A stretch of DNA of 64,000 nt, taken from positions 542,786 to 606,785 of the forward strand of contig NW_002060949.1 in assembly GCF_000150275.1 (NCBI RefSeq), written 5' to 3'. Source of the stretch: Trichoplax adhaerens. Its lineage: Eukaryota > Animalia > Placozoa. Made by a program: the position numbers and the translations under genes. Positions 1 to 14,200 of the stretch are shown piece by piece (position 1 is the stretch's first letter; each line of letters starts with the position of its first letter). A model generated the notes under the pieces. That model saw only the letters and a list, made by a program, of their open reading frames with translations, was not told where the DNA came from and made no database searches.

Positions 1-1494
1 TGTAAGCCAAACGAAGGCCCTCTACCAACTTGTCTATGGAACGAAGAGTTATTGCCTAAAGTAATAAACAAATAAGTACATCCAATTCTTATTTTCTACC
101 CGCACATAATCTAAATTAAACAATTTGTCACTGGTTCATCAATTACAATAAAATTTTCGATATCGTTTACTATGCATCTTTTTTGCTATACTTTCGAAGA
201 TTTGCTTATTGTACTTTGTCCTCTGTTCTCTATTCTCAGTAAATGTAAGATTAAGGTCGTTATCATTCTTTTCCACCGATTGTATAATACCCTGACTTGC
301 AATTGCTCGTACAGTATAGATATCGGAAATTTAGAACAAGGTTAAATATATCAGCTTCTTTCAGATCTCGGTCACCTTAGGGTACTGAATTCGAGTTCAG
401 TTTATAAAATTAAAGTTTTGGCAATAGGGTTGGATTTTGAAATTAATCAGTTCACCGATTATTTAAAAATGCATTGAAATCTGTGCAAGATTTGCGTGAA
501 CAGAGATGAATGTCTTAGACAAAACTACAAAGATAACTGATTTGAGCAAAGATTTATCTATCTTATTCTACGTAAAAATTCAAAATGGCAATTTCCTGCA
601 AATATAAGAATTGCCATAATTTCAGATCAGCTTAAGTTCTCAAGACTTCACATGATCATCTAAGCACTTAGTGATTATTATGAAACGTTTCTAGTAACGA
701 TGAAAAACTGAGACCAACTACTTTTCGACGTTATAGTATCTTATATTGATATCTCTACATAATAACTGAACCATTTAAAGTGTTGGTGCTGTATAATAGA
801 ATCATTAGGCTATTCTGATCGTATTTAATTCGATGAAAGATCAGTTCAATTTCATTCAATGCCATCTCCAATGAAAATGGCTAAATTTCTTTAGTACGGT
901 ACCTCCATTTCCGTTTCCACCTCTTTGTAGTATTCCTGCATTAAACTGATAGCATAGACCAAAATTGGGTTCGACAACTTCAGTAAAACTATTTAGACAA
1001 TTAAAGTTATGGTAGGTACATTCAAGGATAATATCTTTAAGTTTAAATCCAAAAGCTCGAGCAAAAAACCCATAATCTGCATGCTGTCCAAATCTAGCCG
1101 CAATTATTTCTGGTGTTAGGCCAAGATTTACAAGATCTAATGCAGATCGATTGTAATTACTAAATACAGAATTGACCACCGCCAAGATATCCGGATCCAT
1201 CTTAGTTTTATCCAAATAGTTGGAATTGCATATAGTTACAGCTGGAAAGACTGAACTGTTGGAATATCGGACTTTAGATGTAATTTTTGTTGGATATTGA
1301 AACGCTGCTATAACGATTCTGGATGATTGGAGTATACATGCAGAAGTCGCTACTACCGTTAATAACATCCAAAAGTATCGTCGGTAGTGCGTCGTTTGGG
1401 GTTTATAAAACTGTCCAAAACCATGATAAGAGGTAGCATTTGCGAAATCTTTCTCTAGATTTGTTGATTGAATATCGTTGTTAGCAGTTTCCAT
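1..1494 (-). CDS. DEG/ENaC (ASIC-like) sodium channel subunit, 5' part; exons 1494-903 and 55-<1, continues past the window start
   Basis: The ORF carries the pre-TM1 HG motif (TSYHGFG), TM1 (YFWMLLTVVATSACILQ), FPAVTICN and the CxY..C..F..G.CYQFN signature. The donor G|GTACCG at 902 and acceptor TTTAG at 56 continue the frame as GNNSSFHRQVGRGPSFGL. Confidence 0.93.
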
Positions 1495-1879
1495 GATAGC
1501 TTAATATTATAAAAGGTTCGCTTAATTGAGAAGGAATTTATAGCATCAAATATTGCAATGATCGGAAATAAGTACTGGATAGAAGATCACTTGTAAATTC
1601 TCCAACTTTCTAATAAAAACTTCTAATGCATTATAGTTTTCGCAGGTTTATGTTCGTTTCTTTACCGTAGTACCAACTTGATATATAAAACCTTAAGAAG
1701 ACAAAGATTAACTTCGTTAACTGTACTGTTATTCATCGTTTCCTAATTTTGTACTAAAGTAATAGTCTGTTAGCTACTGAGTTGACATCTAACAATAAAT
1801 TGGCAGCGCTAATTTACTGAATATGTTATATGCCTACACAAACGTGAAACTGAATAGGATATAGTCATAATTTTTTTGT

Positions 1880-1905
1880 GGGAGAGGGGAGAGGGGAGAG
1901 GGAGG
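1880..1905 (+). repeat. (GGGGAGA)n polypurine tract with a G-quadruplex pattern
   Basis: GGG-AGA-GGGG-AGA-GGGG-AGA-GGG-AGG in otherwise AT-rich DNA. Confidence 0.75.
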
Positions 1906-4900
1906 ATTGATTCACTATTAGGTCATAAACATTTTATGTATCAATTAGATTTTGATGCAATAACATCAGTTTTATTCTAAATGCAATGAAATTAACGTAA
2001 TTTGGACAATATAATAATTTCAGTAGTGTTAACATTTATTTATAGTAACGAAATTTTATAAAAAACTGATTTCACGAAATTAAAATTAATCATGATTCTA
2101 AGAACTATATAATGATGGGCATTTCAAGCAACGTGACATTCCAAGTTCGGTATTAAAGTTAAAAGTAAAAATTTCTAATGTTTTATCGTTGTCCGATATT
2201 ATTAAACAAAATTTTCCCGTCAAAAATCAGTTAATATTTACATGTAAGTCTCACGGAAAACGCTGCGATTATACAATAGTTATAATTACTACACTGATTC
2301 ACCACGCTGATTTGGTAGATTTCACTGTTATATATCGGAAAATAGTTTGCTAACTCAATAAGATAAGTCGTAAAAAGATGTAATGGTACAGTATGGTTTC
2401 ACTTCACTAAAACCATCTAAGTGCTACTTGTAAAATTAGCGGAACTGATATGCTATTACTGCCCTAGCAAATTATTCATAAATTCTGTACTGTAGATTGT
2501 AGAAGAAATGTTCAAAAATTTTATCATTCTCCTTCCGTTGCATACCGTACTGATTAACTATTTTAAATGATTGAACTCTGATGATATGAGTAAGTTTTCT
2601 TCATCAAAACTAGACGGTAAGGAAATATTTTTAATGTGTTTAAAGTGTTGTAATTTTTTGTAACTCATTAATCAGTTGTAGCATCGTACATAAATTACTT
2701 TGATTGATTTAGCAAATTATCTAGATAGGCAGCCAGTAAAATTCTAATATATGCGTATACTAATTAACAAAACGTTGTCCTAATTATTCTGTGGCATTTT
2801 TCTTCATGATTAAAAGTAGTCAGAACGTAATTTAACATATTAATTTTAGAACCTAAAGAAAACTAAAACAAACAACACCAAGAACGAGGAACTTCATTAG
2901 TCAACGATTACACAATTCATCGATCATCGAAAGCACTGTAACATGTCGAGGATACTGTAGAGTTCAGTGTTGTTAGTCTACAGTACATCATAGTATTCTT
3001 GTTTAGTAACGTAGATATTGCTATATCTATAAATATAATTTGACCTTAAGATATATTACCTATAATTAAAAAGTGAAGAACTTTTGATGCAATTTTCCGC
3101 CAGTCAGTAAGGATAAACGATTGTGAGTATAAATCACGCAAAAGCTTGACTAAAAACTCAACATTGCACCGCCTTCGATAGAAACAGTAACAAAAGCCTT
3201 TAAATTAAGACTTGACAATAATCATTCCAGTGACAGATTTATGAATAATTTAATGACGTAATGATGCTAATTAAATCATCGCAACATTACAAAACAATCA
3301 AGGACAGAAAGATAGCCAAAGCCTCATACAGATGCATATTGATCAATCATAGACGTCAATAAGCCAAAATCAATGCAAGAATTTACTTATCCTTTATCAA
3401 CTCACATAATAGTAAATGTATACTGGTTGTAATTTACAACAGCGAATAAGCATACGATATAGCCCTATTAATCAACTTTAGTAGTGTTTTAATTGTGAAT
3501 CAGTTATTTTACTAACGTGAATAAAGTATCTTTTGTTATCTTGCTACAATTAGTAACGGATTGCGATGACGGTAATTACAAAAATTTTTTGAGAGGGTTT
3601 AGAAGAGCTGTAAAATATTAAAGGCATTTGTAATAAGTTCTCGAGCAAATGTAGAGACAGCGTATTAGTAAAGCATAGAATTTTATTAAGACTTAACATT
3701 TCAAAGTAATTACTAGAGTGCAATTGTCCTTGTTCAAACTTCTACAAAACATTGGTAATGACGTACACTTTAAATAATTCATTTAGTCCACATTCTTGTA
3801 AGTAATGTTAGCGCCTGTTTCTCCTGTTTATGATTTTAATAAAACGCTCAACTGCTTATTATTACGAGATAATATCTAATACTTTATTTTGGCATTAGGG
3901 ACATTAGTTACAATTATCGATTCTAAATGATATTTAATCGTATCTGTTGTTAAAATACTCAAAATTTTCCCTTTTAATAGACTCAACACCTATCTCAAAA
4001 TATTATACTAGTTAAATTTATTGGAAAGTAATTAAATTAGATCACCTTAAAAGTATACTCATACTCGAACTATTATCTACTGTATATTATATTATAAAGT
4101 TTTCACCGAATAAGCTTTACAGTACAAACACGGTACTGTTGCTCTACAATATTTCGACAGGTCTTTCGATAGGTCTTGTACCTTACTAACGCCCAACATA
4201 TCGTTTGTACAGTATATTTATACTGTAAAAGTAAGTGGAGTGAACTGATGTTGGTTATTTTAAGGTTGTACAAATATGCTTTGGAAGATTTTAATGTAAA
4301 AAGATACAGTAAAAGTTTGTTTATCCGGGTACTTAAGAAAATCATAAACTGTCTACCGTTTTGTTCAATTAACGCTGTCGAAGATGGGTTATGCTGCACA
4401 TTCACTGGAACTAATTTATAAAAATCTTCCTAACGTGGAAACCTGAATTTTATTATAGAGCTCTTATTTCGAACTTTCTTAATTACAATATCAATTTTTT
4501 ACAGTACGTATAAATCATGCATGAAATATATCAACGAGGCTTTATCAAAATTTGATATAAATTTTGGCTTAAAGGTTGTACTTGTGATGGTATACTCAAT
4601 TTTGTCAACAGTAAACATCTAAAGAGAAAAATAATATACTAAAACCAGCGTATTTATAAATTATTAATGTATATCCTAAATGAGATAAACGGAATGGAAT
4701 TTGTACATATATCGAAAGAGTAATCGATTAAAACTTTCACATTACTTTCCAAACTAAACTGATATTTAACATTGGCTCAGATAAAATATAAAGATAGAAA
4801 CAGATATTAACACTTGTCAGAAGAACTGAAAACAGTTAATGATTGGACAATTTTTTGTCAACTTGAACGGCATAACCAATGTCTCATAAAATTAATGAGT

Positions 4901-5268
4901 GGCAGAAAGTCTAAGCGTGAAATTTGTTTCGTAGTTGTCGCTTATACATCCGATGTTACTGAATTATTTATACGAAAAACAAAAGAGTAAATTGCTAATG
5001 TATTTATGAAGACTTCTGAATTATTTCTACTATTGTAGCAAGTATCTCAGTTACTCAGATAAATGAAATACTGATAAAGTCTGATACGATTAGTTGAGTT
5101 TCTTCTATTAAGCGACATAGTCTGGATCAGGATTTGCTGCTTCACAGCTGTTAGTGCTATTCGATCTGTTACTATCGTCAAGGTTATAACAGTGAAAAAA
5201 TTGATATTAATCCATTAAGTAAATTCAAATTTGCTTGAAACCTACTCTACTATACTATTTATTATTAA

Positions 5269-8200
5269 TTATAAATCTAAGGATATTTGCTTCATTCTTT
5301 TGCAGCTACCACCATCTAAAGACTTCCTAGAACTTAATTTTCTCTTAATTGCACCATCTACTCTTTTGACATGGTTACGTATGCCAGTTTCCTGAGGGAT
5401 TAATATATTTCTACCTGAGATCGGGTACTTGAATATCTTATTCTAAGAACGTTTGTGATAACATCTTTTCATGGCATGAATACTTATTAATAGTAAAACC
5501 GAATCTTACTCCTTCCTTGATATCCTCTTCGCCTTCGGCTATTGACAACATGGCATCGCATCCGTCATCATAATCTTTATTATGAGTAGTTGCTATGGCA
5601 GATTTTAGCTAATGATACATAACATTCAATTCATGTAAATGTTAAGACAAAATGTAAGGATTATTTTAATAAAAATAAAACGTTAAGTATTTCATATCGA
5701 ACTTGTAAGTATAATTTGACTGCAATCGCAGGTTCTGCTTGATTCTTCATGTTTTCGATAACATTTCTTGGATCAAATAAGTCAGCATTTCTTCTTGTTA
5801 GACTTTTATCATTAACTTTAGCATTATCCGAAGGCGAATAACCAATACATTTGCTATAATAAAATATACAAAATCTCATCTTTAAATGATAATACTCGCT
5901 TTGGATAAGATAGTGACATATCTTTACCTTTCCGAGATACTATACAAAGACTTCAGATGATCTCGTAATTGAATCAGCAAAAGGCATGATAACGTAGGAT
6001 AAATGAAGCGCCGATAATCAAAATCGCCATTAGAGAATTCAACTATGGAAGAAATCATCTATTTTTAATGACCACTCTAAATATGCATCGGAACAATTTC
6101 ATTTCGAAGTATTAAGATCATTAAGAAATTTTCTTAATTTTTACCTTTTAATGCGTCAACACTGCTACTATCTAAATCTTCCTCACTGTCTTCAAACTGA
6201 AAAGTCTTAGAATAGAAGTCAGTTGGGTTTAAAATCACACTTTTTGAATTTTCGAAATTTTAAAGGGTTTACCTTGCCAACGGCGTCTAATAAATTTGTA
6301 CCCATCACGGAAAGTGTTAAATCAAGCTGGTGAATTAGGAACAAAGGCTCATCTTGGATGTTATACGGAAAATATGCTAAATTACCAGCTATATATAAAA
6401 GATATTCTATTTCTTTCCCCTAGAAAGAAAGTAAAATAAGTAATACTAGCTGTTTTAGTAAAGATGAAACAAGAAGCAGTATATCGATTTTTAGAATTAA
6501 CTGTCACCGAGTTATTGTCAGTTTCAAAATATCGCAACAAGGAATGTGCCAAAGCTCGTCTATATCGACGGTTAGAACGAAGTAGCATATAACAGCAACT
6601 ACATAATGCGGATGCCGATTCTTTTGAATAACCTCGAACTATTGAGCCCTGTCAAGAATTAATATATGTAATATTTGAACAGATCTTTAGCTTTGACTTT
6701 CAACTGTTTCTTTAATAATAAAATATAAGCGACCATTAGTCGCCAACATATCATTTAATTTTTAATGATTCGTGATTGATTACTTGTAATTTCTTATGCA
6801 ATTCAAATGTGAGCCTAATCCCTTGAGCGGCCTTTGACTAAAATGGTATGCATTTGAGTCACCATTGAACATTTGATTAATCGGTTAAACTATTTATATC
6901 AGAAATCAGAGCATAAAAAAATTCGGAAACAGACCTGAACGAAATTAAGATAGTCACTTGCTAAAGTTGATAATTGTTTTTCTGCTAAAATTTTTGTCGA
7001 CTTTTGTGGATCAGTTGAAAGGGTAATTAAATAAGGTACGCACTAAAGATAACGAGATTGGGACAGAAAATGAGAAATTTTACGTGCTACGCAAAATAAT
7101 CTATAATTAATAGGCATCATACCTTTATTGGATGCATTAATCCATCACGTAAAATTCGTAAGATAACATTTAAAGAGGAATTTCTTATTTCTGATTCGGA
7201 ATTTGTAGAGGCTTCCAAAACTTCGTTGGCATAATGTTGCACTATCTTGCTAGCTAGACTATAAAAGAATTTCTTATGGTCAAATTGAGTACTGAAGGGA
7301 AAATGTATTTTAAGATTGCATCGTTTTGTACGTTAAATCAGAAAGATTCTTGCTAATGGATATTCACTTTAACAATTTTTTTTGTCGCGCTTTTCGCGTC
7401 TCCATTTTCAAATCTAAAGTATGTGAATTTTCGAATAAAAATTTGTAATCATTTAATTTACCTAGATCTAGCATCTCCTAACTGTCCCAAATTTTTGTTG
7501 GAGTTTGATTTTTTCCCTAAAATTGTTGTATAGGAATTACTTAAAATGCATATAATCAATGAAGTAAAGCTTAACGTACAGGTATCTTCCGCCTTTTGGG
7601 TTCTTTTGTCTTCTTCAATAAGGTAATGCTCTATATTCTTTAATACCTATGAAATAAGAAGATTTAATTTACTTTAAATATGTTAGTTCCAGAAAAATTG
7701 TACAACTATGAAAATGCTTACCTGGCACATGAGTTTTGTCGAGGATTTTCGCGAATTTAAGACTTTTTTGTATTTTTCAGAAAGTTTTTTATGCATTAAT
7801 AGTTTTGGATATCGGACGCATAAACTTCCTATTGCATTCAATGGTAATACAACAATAAGACTTAGGGTATTCGGTTTTATGCGAAGTGACACCAGGAAAA
7901 AAATTGAGGAAGTTAAGATCTCAATACTACCGATGCCAGTAAAAGCTTTAAGAAGGACTTCTCCATCTTCACATTGGCAGAAAGCTAGGAAAAGTTCAAA
8001 TGCGCTATCAAGCTGATAACAAAATTTAAACAAGTTTAGTGACTTTTTCTGTCAGATAAGTTACAGAATTTTAATAATCAGATTACAATCTTACATTTAA
8101 TTCTGAACTGTCAGAGCTTAAATCCATATCAAAATTTTTATATAGCATTCCAACTACGAATAATGCTCTCATAATTCGAGGTTTATTTGACGTTAACTTC

Positions 8201-11200
8201 GATTCGATTAACAGTAATTCCTGGTTTGTAACGCTACGTAATAAACCTACGGGATTGAATTAGCAAATAAAGTATAGATATATTAATAAACTACGTTAAC
8301 ATTATTTAATACCCATTTTCTTATAGTATTTACACAAGCTTACCAATATATTTACGTAGACAGTCTCTAACCAAGTCGTAATTGTGAGTTACTTCATTTA
8401 CTATGACAGTTAAGCAGCTAATACAATTTTGAACAACCTAAAATATTACATGAAAGAGTAATCACTGTATATAGGTGCAATAACATAAAATCTTCTATGT
8501 ACAATGTTTACCGTTTGTCCTTGAATGAGGATAAGTTTCATAAGATCTTTTTCTAAATCTGCCAAGAAAGACTTACTCGGATGTTGCATCAATGGTAAAA
8601 CATATTCTAATATACAAGGTACAGTTCGAAGTATCGCGGCATCAGCTTTGGTAGAACATTTCATACTTAAGTAAGGCTGAAGTCGGGGTGCGTAATCTAC
8701 TACTAATTGTGGGAAACATTTACTAAAAACGAGTAGTGTTGAAAAACAAGCTACAACCTTTACATCTGCTTTTTCATCATTTTTTGATATATTTACTAAC
8801 TGATCTTCGAATTTTAAAATGCTTTCCAGTAAGTTTGCTAGGATGACTTTACTAGAATTAGTAACAGCTTCGCTATAGGAACTGAAATCACTAGATTTTA
8901 CCATATGTCTTATTAGATTTTCAAGACATTCTAAAGCGGAGTCATGGCATATCGCTACACAGTTTACAAGATCATCTGTAACTTTTTTGACCTCATCTCC
9001 AGACTTGCTATCACAGGAAAACCAGACGTGCTGAAATACTTTAGTAACCAAATCCTTAACACTCTCGTCATCATTGAAACGGAGTAGTATACGAACGCAA
9101 ATTTCAGGGTTCTTTTCAAACGCTGGGAATCGGGTGTACAAGTCTTTCAGAACTTTAATAACACGCTTCCGTACACTTATACCAGTATCAAGGATTCTTT
9201 CTATCAGGATTTCGAAATACTGCTCACACAGTTGTATGTTTGTGAGCATGAACTTTCCTGTTAATTCTACAGCCGCTTCTCTAACCGAAACTGACGTATC
9301 TAATAACCTAGCATGAACAGCTTGATGGACTTCTTTTCTTCGGAGTATGTTGGGATCTTCTCCTATTATACTCGTTAGACATTTCAAAGCTCGTGCACGA
9401 AGTGCAATGGTAGGCTCGTAAAGCATTCTTAAAAGATGTTGAAGATACGTATCGAAACTACTGAATAACGATCGCTTGGAAACTACTTTCTGAGACATAG
9501 ATTCTAGTACTTCAGATGACAACGTTAATTTTGGCCAACGACCACGGATAAGAAGCCGACACATAATGGTTACTGCAGAGAGTTTTTTCTTTAAACTTTC
9601 TATAATTGCATTATCCTCATCAATATTTGCAGAGTCTTCGAGGGATAAGTTAGCAGAAAGATTAGCAGATTCGTTGAATTGCTTTTCAATTTCTTTATGG
9701 GTTTCATATAGTAAACGACCAATACGGAAATAAACTGCTGGCTACAGACATAGATGTAAAACTTTTAGGCTGATCATCTGCAAGCCACATACGGTATCCT
9801 CCGTATGCTTAAGTTGACCTGTTACAAGTTCAATAAATAATAATACTCACCTGATACCATGGAAAATCTTTTGATTCGCTGTAAAGCTGTCCTATTAAAA
9901 TCTTCTCGAAATAGTATTCCACAGATTCTAAAATATCGTTTGACTGTTGAAAAATTAGCAACTTAGTGAAATACAACAAATAAGCAAGTATTGAAGCTAG
10001 GAAAATCACAACAACTATGTTGTACGTCTGTCACTTACATCATCAATAACGGATTCGTGACTGATTTCGGAAATCTATATATAATAAAAATATTACTTAG
10101 CTATTTTAAATTTTAACAGTCACAGCTAAAAATTTTTGATAGTATTGTCCGCCATTGATAAGGTACGCATAAAATTTATCTAAGAGCTAATTTAAATTAA
10201 TTAAAATCAAACCTGCGATTGTAGTGCTTTTAAATCAATTTCTTCAATCGAGATGAGACGTTTTCTTAAATGAGCCGCGACTAAACCAAAATATTCCAAA
10301 GACGTCGTTCTAACTGCGATATCATTAGATTTGTCGGTAAAAGTATGTGCTAAACATTTTCCAACTATTCCTAATAATAATTCAGATGAGGGCCACTCAG
10401 GTTTGTCAACTGTTATCAATAAATCTTGAATAAAATTTTCAAAGATCACTTTACGATCTTCTTCGTCTTTCACACAATACCTAGGTATTCAAGGCAAAAT
10501 CATAGAAAATGCTTAAACTTACAGCGGAATCAAATGACTTCTAATTTCTTCTTTAAATTCATGATACATATACACATAACATTGTACTAACTTCTTAAAA
10601 AATTGCGTGATGAATGACTGTCCATTTCTAACGGCGCTTTCGTATGATTGGCCAATAATGTGCTCTTCAATAAGTTCTGGCTGTTCCGGCGGTTCCTTTG
10701 AACCTGTTCCTTTAGTTGACTTTTTCTTGCTATCTGAATTTTTCAGTACTGGAATCTTTACCATACAGTGAAACAGTTGCAGAATAAGAGCAGATACTAT
10801 TTGTATAGATTCCCCGTTTCCAAGACTACGTAAAAGGATAATAACTAGGTTAATTGATATTTTCATACTGGCTGTAAATTGAAGGATTTTCCTGACTTAC
10901 TTGTAACATCGTAAGTTAGTTCGATTACTAGGTAATTTTACTAACGATGAGAGAATATCCTCTATGATCACGTTCCGGTGTTTATCATATTTTTTGAAAG
11001 TCTATAATACAATACATGAAATGAGTGAAAATTATCCATTTGCACATCCGGTAATATTGCAATAGTGTAGCCACTTTGACATATCTAAGAAAGTATTTTA
11101 CCCATCTAATAAGATCCAATGCGCTACGTTGTAGGTCTTTAACGTTATCAACAAAGAACGAAGAAATACCAATCGAGCTTAACTATTGAATTAAAAAGAT

Positions 11201-14200
11201 TGAAATCATTTTTTAGAAATTATCACAATGTATACAGCTTCCTCACCATAACACCGCAAGTAAATTACGTATTCTTATTAATAACGTTGGTATTGTTTAA
11301 GCGATTAAAAGCCTCAACTAAATTATTACTTACTTGAATAATTATTGTATCAGTAAATGTTGTTATCTGTACGAGTTCAGACAATAAAGCAACCGCCTCA
11401 CAAGTCTTACGATATATGAAATTCACCAACTTGTTTTTGGGGCTTGATACCTTGCCTCGTCCCTTGAGACGATTAGAATCGGCTAGAATAATAGCATATT
11501 ATAACTTAAATGCAATAGACATAATTTATATACAGTATACTGTGTACTCGCTACTGAATAAACTACCCTGCTGATCGAACAATTTTAAGGAAAATTATGA
11601 ACATTTAAGAAATAGATATTTCAGACATTACATTTTAAAGAATTATCCGCGGATTTATCTTTGTACATAGGATCAAATATAGGGTATAGAGTGTTAACTT
11701 GGTGGTAACTAATAATATCAATCAGGCTATCAATGTTTTCATCTGCATATAGAGTCTTTGGCATATTTTTTGCAGTCAGGATATGAAGGACTGCTACTGT
11801 AGCTTCCATTGATGCTGCGATTTCTTCTAACTTTAAATAATTCCATAGCTTCTTTTCTTTATCATCAGCCTAAAGTTAAGATTAAATCCTATTTAATACC
11901 AAATAATTACTCAGCAAAATTAATAAACAATAGCTACTGTATTCTATCAAATACCGGTTCCTCTGTAACTGATGATTCTATACATTTGCCATGCCTAATA
12001 ATGCCCAAAAGAATTTTCACAACTTGTTCAACATCATCAAGGGATATCTCGTAAGCTTCATTTGTTGCCTTCAATCTTGCAGCCTCAATCGACAACTCAG
12101 ATAGCACCGTTAAGGGTACAGCAAGTTTATCCGGCTCTGAGCAGATTTGTAAATAAAATTTCAGTTAATTCAGAGTTTGGTAAAATTCTCAATTTAATTC
12201 CCGTACTTTTACTAGATGATTCATCCTTCTTTTTCAGATAATCAGTTATTTTTTCACATAGTGTAACGAAACGTTTGTATGTTGTGGATTCACCTGTTCA
12301 CGGGTTAGTCAAAGAATATATGTTACCTAAGTAAGTAAAAATTTTATAATATAATTATAATTAAGTACCTTCATATTCAGACTCTTGGTCAGACTTGTTC
12401 TTTAATGAAGTTTTTCCTTCAAACAATACACGGAAAATCATTCATCGAGAAATACGATTTAAAATGATTACATTTTGGTATGTTATTCTAATTTACGAGT
12501 GATAGGTTATAGTAAAATTAGGAGCTATATAGCTATAAAGTTTACTAAACATATTTTAGAAATACAGAATAAGTGCTATGCCTATTGCTGATTCTCTTTA
12601 TCGCCAATAATCTACCGACTTACGAGATTTTTTGGCAGATGATGGACCGGGTCGTACAAAATTTTCGGAGTCACTTGTTCCTGAAGTAGTTTCACATTTC
12701 CAAGTGCTATCCTTACTGTCAGATTCACTTACAGCCTAATTTGAATCAGTAACACAACAAAATGCTACATTATACAAATTGATTTTAAGCTAAGCAAATG
12801 ATCTAGAGCGCTTCAATAAGATCATAAAATGTCCTACTGATGTAGACGTCGAGTCTAGTGTAATAACTTCTTGATTTTCAAATTTGTAAATTGGTTTATC
12901 CTTTTTTCTAGGCTGTATTCTTCGCTTTTCAAATACCTGATGAGGTGCCACGTCTTGTACGCTCTCATCGCTTGTTTCGAGGTGATATCGGTGGGCATTA
13001 TGCCCATCTACAAACAAAAAGGATTAGGAGTGTTTTAACATAATTTTTGTAAGGAATAACTTTGATAGTATTGTTTCGAGTATTGCAATAACCTAATAAT
13101 ATTTTACAAAACTTTATACACATAATAAGAGACTACTAAGTATATTAAATGGGTACTTGAATATATAATTTCTACGATAAGATTTGCTATTATTCCACAT
13201 GTTAGTTATAAAGCATGAATGTTTGATACCCAAGTTAGAAAAGTATATATCATCGTTTCATGAATGCTTGTTGTATTTGGATATTGCGAGATATATGATA
13301 TTAAGTTTATTACTGCTTTAACTTCAGTGTCAATTCCATATTGAGCGATTCGAATTTATAGTATCGCGATATGGTTACGAAGATTAATTGCTAAAATCAT
13401 TCTATATAGCATAATAAATACTGTATACAAAGAGCGCATAAGATGTATTACCAAAAGTTACTATACAATATAATGTAGATATAATAAATATCGTGAACAC
13501 TGAAAGTATCCAACAGTATCCTATATAAAATAGGCTAAAATTTTAATAGAACTATTGATGTCGAGACCGTCCAACTTAAAGAAATACTATTACCGCTAAG
13601 TTAATTCATACCAGGTAATGGATTCGTTAAAGATGAACGATAGCTAAACAGATTAGGAAATCGCTGTTCCAAGGCGTACACAGAGTAGGGTCTCCTGAGA
13701 TCGCTTACTGATCCTAATGAGGGTTGTTCTTTGACTTGGCTTTAATTTCGAGTATGAATAAAATTATTGCTGCTTATTATATATGTATTATCTGATAATG
13801 TAGTAATAAGCTAAGATGTTAAAAACTCAAATTAGTCTATATCTATACAATATCTGTATTGCAATCATAACCTACTATGGTCGTAGCAATAAAATACCGA
13901 TTTGCAATTAATAAGTCATAAACAATTAAGCCATTTGCAAATATAAACAAATTTTCATTCCATGTAATGAAAATTTCTGACTACATTTGTAACTTACATG
14001 TGAGATACGTCCACTGCAAGGAGATCACTACCTAATTTTTCGGTTATTTGACCATCAGTAGTATTTTCTAAAAATTTCCATGTTTGTTGTACATCGTTAT
14101 TGTTAACAGCAGAACCTACATTCGCTGCGCATAGCGGAACTATAGGTTGTGGCACCGGTAGTTTGCTTGGTACTAACAAAAAATAATTAATCAAGAGTTC

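Noticed and set aside
4103-4421. Overlapping ORFs of 100 and 81 aa
   Set aside because: No recognisable domain or exon context; composition resembles non-coding AT-rich DNA.
7708-9316. Plus-strand ORFs 7708-8016 and 9074-9316 (also 11809, 32287, 35323, 47015, 54638 and 54876)
   Set aside because: They are antisense shadows of real minus-strand exons.
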